Assembly: GCA_965195345.1 (NCBI GenBank)
Contig: OZ239628.1
Span: 1,344,001 to 1,408,000 of the forward strand
Length of the DNA stretch: 64,000 nt
Reading direction: 5' to 3'
Origin: an uncultured Thiomicrospira sp.
GTDB lineage: Bacteria; Pseudomonadota; Gammaproteobacteria; CAKMZV01
Shown: piece by piece, positions 32,241 through 39,066 of the stretch
Numbering within the stretch: position 1 is the first letter of the stretch
Layout: each line of letters opens with the position of its first letter
Notes under the pieces: model-generated
Told to the model about the DNA's origin: nothing
Databases searched by the model: none
The model's input: the letters and a program-made list of their open reading frames with translations, nothing else
Position numbers and translations under genes: made by a program

Positions 32241-33232
32241 TGCAGTGCTCCTATAGCAAATTCGTTCCCTATTGGTCTTACCATCAAAGCCTCAAACGCC
32301 AACTGTATGTCTAAATCATTATGAATTATTTCATTCACAGTTTTACAAATTGGCAAATCCAAATTATTTTCTTCACCCATTAACGCAACAATGCTAGCAG
32401 CCGTCATCCCTTCGACAAGAAAATTTTTCTCACGTTTTTCTCCACGTCCCAGCATCAATCCATATCGTCTATTGCGTGATTGGTCATCGGCTGCTGTGAG
32501 TATCAAGTCCCCTACACCAGCCAATCCAAGAAAAGTGCGATCTTGTGCCCCTAAAAAAGCACCTAATTGACGCATTTCATTCAATCCTCTTGTAATTAGT
32601 GCGCTACGTGCATTGGATCCAAAACCTTTACCATCACTTATTCCAGCAGCGATTGCAATAATATTTTTACAACCTCCGCATATTTGGATTCCAACTAAAT
32701 CTTCACTGCGGTAACATCGGAAGTACGGTGTATTTAGAAGTTGTTGCCAAAAGCGTGCATGCGAGTCAACATTACTTGCAACAACGGCTGCTGCCGGCAA
32801 TCTTTCAGCCACTTCTTTAGCAAAATTTGGTCCAGAAATCAATGAACATTCAAACCCCAAATCCGCAGCAACATCACTCAATAAGCGTCCATCTGACGTA
32901 AACCCTTTACAAGCCCAAAGAATACGACGTTGCTCACTTACATTGGCAATATCAATCAAAATGCTTTTAAAGGTTGAACTTGGAGTCGCAATAAGTATCC
33001 CTGAAACACCATCCAAAGCATCTTGTAAATTTGAGTGGACACTGATATTCTCTGGAATTAAACACCCAGGTAGATAGCGGGTATTTAATCGTTCGCTTTT
33101 AATTGAGGAAATAAGTTCAGCTGAACGCCCCCACAAACGAACATCACAACCGTTCTCAGCAAGCTTCATTGATAAAGCACTACCCCATGCTCCTGCACCG
33201 ATGACAGCAACACATTTCGGTGCATTTTTCAT
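32237..33232 (-). CDS. gpsA: NAD(P)H-dependent glycerol-3-phosphate dehydrogenase
   Basis: GAGAWG, SGPNFAKE, KNIIAI, GDLILT...SRN. Confidence 0.95.
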   Translation of the reverse strand: MKNAPKCVAVIGAGAWGSALSMKLAENGCDVRLWGRSAELISSIKSERLNTRYLPGCLIPENISVHSNLQDALDGVSGILIATPSSTFKSILIDIANVSEQRRILWACKGFTSDGRLLSDVAADLGFECSLISGPNFAKEVAERLPAAAVVASNVDSHARFWQQLLNTPYFRCYRSEDLVGIQICGGCKNIIAIAAGISDGKGFGSNARSALITRGLNEMRQLGAFLGAQDRTFLGLAGVGDLILTAADDQSRNRRYGLMLGRGEKREKNFLVEGMTAASIVALMGEENNLDLPICKTVNEIIHNDLDIQLAFEALMVRPIGNEFAIGALQ

Positions 33233-33235
33233 GAT

Positions 33236-33676
33236 TTAATCAATCGAGTCCTGTCGGGATTGGTATAGAGCATCGAAATTGACTGGATCAAGCAATAACG
33301 GAGTAAAACCACCACGCATGGTAACATCACTGACGACTTCTCGAGCGTATGGATACAACTGCATAGGACAATATGCTCCAAGCAATGACTTCAACTCCTC
33401 TTCGCTAAATCCGTTTATTTCAAAAATTCCTGCTTGCTTTACTTCAACAAGAAACAGCGTGCTTTCTTTCTGTTCAATTGAAACGGTCACGTGCAGAACA
33501 ACCTGATATTGGAACTCTCCAACCTGCTCTATATCCACATTTAAATCAATATTACTTGAAGTTTTTTCTATATTTTCTTGATTGAAAATCATTGGGGACT
33601 GTGGAGACTCCCAAGATAAATCTTTCAAATAAATTTTTTGAATAGTAAGTTTTTTTTTAGCTTGCATGATTGACAT
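33236..33676 (-). CDS. secB: protein-export chaperone SecB
   Basis: IYLKDLS.E.P, EVKQAGIF, CP..LYPYARE, PVNFDALY. Confidence 0.95.
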   Translation of the reverse strand: MSIMQAKKKLTIQKIYLKDLSWESPQSPMIFNQENIEKTSSNIDLNVDIEQVGEFQYQVVLHVTVSIEQKESTLFLVEVKQAGIFEINGFSEEELKSLLGAYCPMQLYPYAREVVSDVTMRGGFTPLLLDPVNFDALYQSRQDSID

Positions 33677-33926
33677 CTAACATTGCATCAAGTTGTCCAC
33701 TGTGCTCAAGTGCACGTAATTCACTAAACCCACCAATAGATTCATCATTGATGAATACTTGAGGAACTGTTGTAGCTCCCGAGGTTCGTTCTTGCATTTC
33801 AGACCAACCAACATCATCTCCGTCGATTATTTTTTCTTCATAAGCAACACCTTTTTGATTAAGGAGTTGCTTAGCTGCAATGCAAAATGGGCATGAAACC
33901 CAAGTGTACAAAAAAACGTTTGCCAT
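33657..33926 (-). CDS. grxC: glutaredoxin 3
   Basis: CPFC, TVPQVFI..IGG; start reassigned to ATG 33926. Confidence 0.92.
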   Translation of the reverse strand: MANVFLYTWVSCPFCIAAKQLLNQKGVAYEEKIIDGDDVGWSEMQERTSGATTVPQVFINDESIGGFSELRALEHSGQLDAMLDVNHAS

Positions 33927-34009
33927 ATTTTTTTTTATAGGTTGTGCATCTTTCTTGCCCCATGCCGCTCGCCAAACAAGCCATGGAACGCTATGACGCA
34001 ATTGAAATA

Positions 34010-34558
34010 TCATGATACTTTGGGTTTATCCGTCTTTTTTACATCCAATTTCTTTTTATTTGAAGCGACTGTTTCTTTTTTACTATTCTTTTTTTCTACT
34101 CGCTTATTTTCTTTCTTGCTTTCTTTCTTGCTTATCTTCTCTATTTTAACAAGTGGTAAGTTTGCCGTACGCCAACTAGTTAGTCCTAACTGCAAGTTTT
34201 TGATATTAGTAAATCCTGCCTTCTTCATAGCCGCGCAAGAAGTCGAAGAAGAAGTACCTGTTTTGCAATACAGCAAATACGTCTTATCTTTATCAAGCGT
34301 TGATAAACTTTCTTTCAATGCTTCAGGCTTAATATTCTTGGCACCGCTAAGATGACCAGAAGCAAACTCCTCATCCGAACGTAAATCAAACACTTGCACA
34401 CCTTCATTGATTAAGCGCACTGCTTCTTCGGTTGAAACGGATTGATAACCTTTCAAAGTAGCACTGAACCCATATACAACCATCATGCCAGAAAAAACTG
34501 TTGCGGCAGCAAGAGGCCAATTCTCAGTAAGAAAAATTTGAATGTCTTGAGGATTCAT
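34010..34558 (-). CDS. rhodanese-like domain protein (YibN-like) with Lys-rich C-terminal tail
   Basis: N-terminal TM, DLR..EF..GH, YCKTG active site; upstream of grxC-secB. Confidence 0.85.
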   Translation of the reverse strand: MNPQDIQIFLTENWPLAAATVFSGMMVVYGFSATLKGYQSVSTEEAVRLINEGVQVFDLRSDEEFASGHLSGAKNIKPEALKESLSTLDKDKTYLLYCKTGTSSSTSCAAMKKAGFTNIKNLQLGLTSWRTANLPLVKIEKISKKESKKENKRVEKKNSKKETVASNKKKLDVKKTDKPKVS

Positions 34559-34995
34559 ATTTAGTGATTATTCGTTAAATAAAATGATGCTATGTCGTTT
34601 TTAGTATTGCAATATAAACCAGTCAAACATTCTAAGCCTTCCAACTAATCTAAAAGGTATCGATGTTCAAAAATTGAAGCAATAGCTTCTAAAACAAAAG
34701 AACGGAAATTATACTGCATTCTATAAATTCACAAAAGCGGATTCAACAGCAAAATTATTCAGCACCAGTGAACTTTTCCCTTTAGGATAATTACCTCCTT
34801 ACCATAAGCGATAATTTTTCAATTAAATATTATTGTTCATACTCTCAAATGTTTTTTTCAGCCAAAGACACATACACTCGTAAATATCAAAGATACAATG
34901 TATTATAGACTGTACAAAATAAAGGCAATTTGATTAAAAAATAATACATCTGCATAGTACAATGCCTAACTGTTATCATTCAAAAGGAGGAATAA

Positions 34996-35538
34996 ATGAG
35001 CAATAGGCACAATGTTTTTATTAGTTATCATCATGGAAACGATGAACATCATAAAAAAAAATTTGAGAGCCTGTTTTCAAATATTTATGATATTCTTGAA
35101 TCTAAGTCCGTCAATGACGGTGACATAGACCCTAATGAGGACACAGAGATAGTACGCCAAAAAATCAGAGATAACTTTATTAGAACCGCTAGCGTTACAG
35201 TTGTTTTAGTCGGCTCAGAAACTTGGAAAAGGAAGCATGTTGATTGGGAAATATCCTCAAGCATCAGAGATACTAAATTAAATTCTCGCACTGGGTTATT
35301 AGGCATTATCTTACCAACCTATCCTTATCCAAAAAACTCTTACTCCTCACACACCATCCCTCCCAGACTTCATGACAATATTAAATGCGGGTTCGCAAAA
35401 ATTTATAATTGGTCAGATAATCCAAATGAAGTGCAAAAATGGATTCACGAAGCATTTAAGAGAAGAAAAGAAAATCTTCCAGATAATTCAAGAAATATGT
35501 TTGCTCAAAATCGTTCTGGGGATCGGTGGTATGAATGA
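34996..35538 (+). CDS. TIR-domain protein, ThsB/MTH538 (DUF1863)-like
   Basis: VFISYHH, SVTVVLVG.ETW.RKHVDWEI with the conserved catalytic Glu; strong AAGGAGG SD. Confidence 0.85.
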   Translation: MSNRHNVFISYHHGNDEHHKKKFESLFSNIYDILESKSVNDGDIDPNEDTEIVRQKIRDNFIRTASVTVVLVGSETWKRKHVDWEISSSIRDTKLNSRTGLLGIILPTYPYPKNSYSSHTIPPRLHDNIKCGFAKIYNWSDNPNEVQKWIHEAFKRRKENLPDNSRNMFAQNRSGDRWYE

Positions 35539-36041
35539 AGTTGGTTGACTGGCTAAAAAAATGGAACATGACATCCCTAAAGATTAAAACCTCATTTCTT
35601 GAAATGGAGTGGAAGCCGCATGATGCTGATAAAAAAGCGGCTTGGGAGTTATATGTTGAATTACTTACAAGAATTACAACTCAACCACTTAATGACTCTC
35701 ACGGAGATGAAGAAACAGCATTAAAAAGTATCTACTCTATCTTTCCACTGACTCGTGAAGTCATAAAATTGAATGGAAGAGATTGTACAGAATTCACAAA
35801 AATTGCTATTATAATTCTTAATCAAAAAGTAAGACCATTTACATCAAAATGGCATAAATCATCTATAGAATTTGGATTTGTCTTATTCGATAAAGTTGGA
35901 AATAAACACAAAAATCAGAATCTTTGCTTAGAGTTCCGTAAAGAATTAGCTGTTTTGCAAAAAGATTTAAAAATTTATACTCAAATGCTGGCTGATATGG
36001 CGGGGGTTGAAAACTTAGTAGATTTAGAAAATCAAACATAA
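35535..36041 (+). CDS. hypothetical protein translationally coupled to the TIR gene (candidate effector)
   Basis: ATGA 4-bp overlap with the TIR stop; AAWELYVELLTRITTQ and LNQKVRPFTSKWH segments; no recognisable family. Confidence 0.75.
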   Translation: MKLVDWLKKWNMTSLKIKTSFLEMEWKPHDADKKAAWELYVELLTRITTQPLNDSHGDEETALKSIYSIFPLTREVIKLNGRDCTEFTKIAIIILNQKVRPFTSKWHKSSIEFGFVLFDKVGNKHKNQNLCLEFRKELAVLQKDLKIYTQMLADMAGVENLVDLENQT

Positions 36042-36157
36042 GAAATCATTCACAATCGTTAACGCGTCGGTTCAATTCAAGCATAGGTGTTTTATATAAT
36101 TTAAGCATTTAACACAACTAGGCTTCATCAAAATTTAATTTTAATTGAAGTTATAGA

Positions 36158-36466
36158 ATGAAGAATGAATCCAAATCCGATGTAAAATCACAACAAGGCA
36201 AAGAATATGAACAAAAGGCAATTCAGGCGACAGGTCAAACTATGACCAATATTATGAGGGCATGCAGTTCGTATATGAAAGGGAAAAATCTTTTAGATTT
36301 TAACTACTTCGTCCGAATTAACTCCAATGGGGATACTGTTAATTCCATTGTCCATCCATCTAATACACTTACTTCATGTTTCAATGGACTAATGGTAAAC
36401 ACTAAATATCCTTCTCACAAATTTGATACATTCGTATTAAACATTGACATGAAAATAACACCATGA
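36158..36466 (+). CDS. hypothetical cassette protein (possibly 5'-truncated)
   Basis: 102 aa ORF followed by an attC-like site; no clear SD. Confidence 0.55.
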   Translation: MKNESKSDVKSQQGKEYEQKAIQATGQTMTNIMRACSSYMKGKNLLDFNYFVRINSNGDTVNSIVHPSNTLTSCFNGLMVNTKYPSHKFDTFVLNIDMKITP

Positions 36467-36472
36467 ATACGC

Positions 36473-36522
36473 ATGATAAGCAGTTGCTGACACCGAGCAC
36501 GACGGCAGAGTCGGCGTTATAA
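36473..36522 (+). repeat. degenerate attC site
   Basis: ATGATAAGCAGTTGCTG...GGCAGAGTCGGCGTTATAA; R' intact, R'' appears to have lost about 3 bp; short for an attC. Confidence 0.6.
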
Positions 36523-36537
36523 GGCATAAGGAGAATT

Positions 36538-36903
36538 ATGAATTACAAAGCATTAAACTTTAAAGACAAACTTTCACTCTTTAATGAGCAATGGATGCCA
36601 AAAGTCATTGCAGAGATGAACGATTATCAATTCAAGATTGTAAAAATTAAAGGTGATTTTGTATGGCATGATCACAAAGACACTGACGAAACATTCATAG
36701 TTTTGGAAGGAAAACTCCGCATAGATTTTAGAGACGGCCAAGTAGAATTATCTGATGGAGAAATGTTTGTTGTGCCTAAAGGTGTTGAGCATAAACCTTA
36801 TGCTGAAGAAGAAGTTAAAATGCTATTAATTGAACCGCGAGGAACAAAAAATACGGGAGATAAAGACAGCGATCTTACTGCAGAAAATAATGTATGGATT
36901 TAA
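36538..36903 (+). CDS. cupin-domain protein (cassette)
   Basis: WH.H...DE.F.V..G and VPKGVEHKP cupin motifs; AAGGAG SD. Confidence 0.88.
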   Translation: MNYKALNFKDKLSLFNEQWMPKVIAEMNDYQFKIVKIKGDFVWHDHKDTDETFIVLEGKLRIDFRDGQVELSDGEMFVVPKGVEHKPYAEEEVKMLLIEPRGTKNTGDKDSDLTAENNVWI

Positions 36904-36982
36904 TGCCTTATAAACAAGTACACATGCAGCCAGACATTTCTACTCGTGCGCTCCTATTTTAGCGCTGACTTTGGCGTTATAA
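36903..36982 (+). repeat. attC site
   Basis: ATGCCTTATAA(A)C is the reverse complement of this cassette's 5' end GTTATAAGGCAT (36516-36527) apart from one extra A; inner CAGC/GCTG boxes; ends GGCGTTATAA. Confidence 0.8.
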
Positions 36983-36998
36983 ATTAAAGGTTAAAAAA

Positions 36999-37385
36999 AT
37001 GATTTTAAATAAAGGTATAGCTTTTCTGCTCATACTCATTTTCATAATGACGGGGTGCTCCTCTATTCAAAAGTATGATGCAAAATCTGTCGGTCTTCAA
37101 AATGCCCTTAAAAATGGGAGTATTGTACTAATTGGTGAGGAGGTAAGAGTGGCTACTATTGATGGTGCGCAATATGAGTTCACAGTCACTAAGGTTGATG
37201 AGAATAAAATTTATGGCGCTAAAAATGAAATATTAATATCAGAAATTACTGCAATTGAAACAGAAGAATTTAGTTGGGTTAGAACTACCGCATTAGTTAT
37301 AGCGGTATCGTTTACACTGGTATCATTTCTCTTAATACGAGCTATTACTGATCTTTTCTCCCCAACGGGCATATCGGCAATATAA
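36999..37385 (+). CDS. putative lipoprotein with C-terminal hydrophobic helix (cassette)
   Basis: Lipobox-like IMTGC after a hydrophobic stretch; C-terminal ALVIAVSFTLVSFLLI. Confidence 0.7.
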   Translation: MILNKGIAFLLILIFIMTGCSSIQKYDAKSVGLQNALKNGSIVLIGEEVRVATIDGAQYEFTVTKVDENKIYGAKNEILISEITAIETEEFSWVRTTALVIAVSFTLVSFLLIRAITDLFSPTGISAI

Positions 37386-37464
37386 TGTTAAGTCAATCAA
37401 ATTCGTTCCAGCGCTACTCATTTCCATCAAACAGTCAAACCCGTTGGGTTGCGTGGCGTTATAA
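37379..37464 (+). repeat. degenerate attC site
   Basis: AAGTCAATCAAA (37390-37401) shared with the 38897 site; ends GGCGTTATAA; R'' corrupted (TATAATG). Confidence 0.65.
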
Positions 37465-37479
37465 GTCAAAGGATAGATC

Positions 37480-38415
37480 GTGACAATCCCTAAACATGAT
37501 GAAATTCGTGTCCCAGCACTGTCCCTACTCTCTAAGCGAGGGCAATTGAAACTTAGTGAATTTGAAGTGCCGCTAGCCGAGCATTTCAGTTTAACCGAGG
37601 ACGAACGCCACGAAGAATATGAATCCGGAAACAGCAAGAAGATATTCTATGACAGAATAGGTTGGGCATTGAGCTTTATGAATATGGTAGGACTTTTAAA
37701 TAAACCCAAGCGGGGTGTTTATGAAATTAGTCCCCTAGGTACTGAAAAATTATCTAATCCAGATAACTTAAATGATTTTATTGCGATAGAGTTCTCGAAG
37801 AAACAGAAAAATAAGCCAAAAAAAACCATCAATCAAATTGAAACAGATGATGAAAGCCTTACCCCACAAGAAGGACTATACGCTGCGGCGAAAAAAATTA
37901 GAACGTCACGATATCAGGAAATAATTGATACTGTTTTAAGCAAGACTCCTCGGGAGTTTGAAAAGCTTGTGGTCTCTTTACTCCAAAAAATGGGCTATGG
38001 TGGGGAAATCAAAAATTCTAGTACTGTAACCTCCTATACCAATGACGGTGGTATTGACGGCATCATCAAAGAAGATGTGCTTGGCTTAGGACGAATACAT
38101 ATTCAAGCTAAAAGATATGCCAGATCAAATAGTGTCGGCAGAGAAGAAATTCAAAAGTTCGTAGGTGCTTTAGCCGTCGCGCAATCAAATAAAGGTGTCT
38201 TCATTACAACCTCATCATTTACTGAAAATGCAACAACTTATGCAAAGAATTTAAATGGCACAACGACCTTAATATTAATCGACGGTCAGCAATTAGCTGA
38301 ATATATTTACGATTATGGCTTAGGTCTTCAAGTTGAACAAACTATAGAAATTAAAAAGCTTGATAGTGAGTTTTGGGATTCAATGGAAAATGATCTTTCC
38401 AAATCTGATCTATAA
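37480..38415 (+). CDS. mrr: Mrr-family type IV restriction endonuclease (cassette)
   Basis: N-terminal Mrr_N wHTH (DRIGWA...RGVY), catalytic FE.LV..LL..MGY, DGGIDG, IQAKRY, GVFITTS, LIDG. Confidence 0.92.
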   Translation: MTIPKHDEIRVPALSLLSKRGQLKLSEFEVPLAEHFSLTEDERHEEYESGNSKKIFYDRIGWALSFMNMVGLLNKPKRGVYEISPLGTEKLSNPDNLNDFIAIEFSKKQKNKPKKTINQIETDDESLTPQEGLYAAAKKIRTSRYQEIIDTVLSKTPREFEKLVVSLLQKMGYGGEIKNSSTVTSYTNDGGIDGIIKEDVLGLGRIHIQAKRYARSNSVGREEIQKFVGALAVAQSNKGVFITTSSFTENATTYAKNLNGTTTLILIDGQQLAEYIYDYGLGLQVEQTIEIKKLDSEFWDSMENDLSKSDL

Positions 38416-38481
38416 CAAGGTGTTGCCGCGAAAAATTTCCTCGCTGACGATCCTAAACTTTTGCAGATCACAGCGTTACAT
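38410..38481 (+). repeat. attC site (best preserved)
   Basis: CTATAAC overlapping the mrr stop, AAGGTGTTGC...GCAGATCACAGCGTTACAT, internal imperfect palindrome, 72 bp. Confidence 0.75.
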
Positions 38482-38493
38482 TCTTTTTATTCA

Positions 38494-38895
38494 ATGATTA
38501 AGTTAACGACAGTTGCAAGTTATTCTTTTCCGCACGAAGCGCAAATTGCACGTGCTGGTTTAGAAAGAGCAGGTATTCCAGCCGAAGTGGCTGATGAATA
38601 TACGATAAATATGCAGTGGTTATATAGTCTAGCCATTGGCGGTGTCAAAGTTAAAGTACCAACAGAGCTAACACAAGAAGCATTAGAGGTCTTAAATACC
38701 GATTATTCCGCAGCAGTCGAAAAAAAGTTTAATATTGAATCGGATAAGTGCCCAGAATGTAAATCTACTCGTTTAATTGCTCATACTAGAGGAAAAAGAC
38801 CAGCGTTTATTGTTTTTTTACTCTTTGGTTTTCCCCTGTTCTTTTTTCAGCATGGTATAAAATGTAATGAATGTAATCATTTTTGGAAAACTTAA
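38494..38895 (+). CDS. DUF2007-like N-terminal domain + Zn-ribbon/TM protein (cassette)
   Basis: EAQIAR..LE.AGIPA.V.DE, GGVKVKV; CPEC...TM...CNEC; start reassigned to ATG 38494 downstream of the attC. Confidence 0.75.
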   Translation: MIKLTTVASYSFPHEAQIARAGLERAGIPAEVADEYTINMQWLYSLAIGGVKVKVPTELTQEALEVLNTDYSAAVEKKFNIESDKCPECKSTRLIAHTRGKRPAFIVFLLFGFPLFFFQHGIKCNECNHFWKT

Positions 38896-38940
38896 CAAGT
38901 CAATCAAACTTATTCGTTCGCGTTGCTTACTCACCGGACA
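38890..38940 (+). repeat. truncated attC (left half)
   Basis: ACTTAAC (RYYYAAC) over the stop codon, followed by AAGTCAATCAAA..ATTCGTTC as at 37390; no matching R' nearby. Confidence 0.55.
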
Positions 38941-39066
38941 TTCAAATCTTTGATATTCCTTCCGTTTATTGAGTGGTCAATAATATTTTTTTATTTAATA
39001 ACGCCAATCATTAATCTGTTTTTTTATCTTTGTAAGTGCTAAACGCCTGAGCTCAGGTGACATGTG

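Noticed and set aside
34559-34960. Integron integrase or its remnant upstream of the array
   Set aside because: No ORF of 60 aa or more and no tyrosine-recombinase motifs recognised here or at 40411-41119; a decayed remnant would need tblastn to exclude
35535-36041. Calling the TIR pair a canonical Thoeris system (thsA/thsB)
   Set aside because: The partner is too short and lacks SIR2, SLOG, Macro, TM or caspase-like motifs
36466-38940. Repeated GGCGTTATAA motifs as a CRISPR array
   Set aside because: Repeats are 10 bp, spaced by whole ORFs, and no cas genes are present; the pattern fits attC sites
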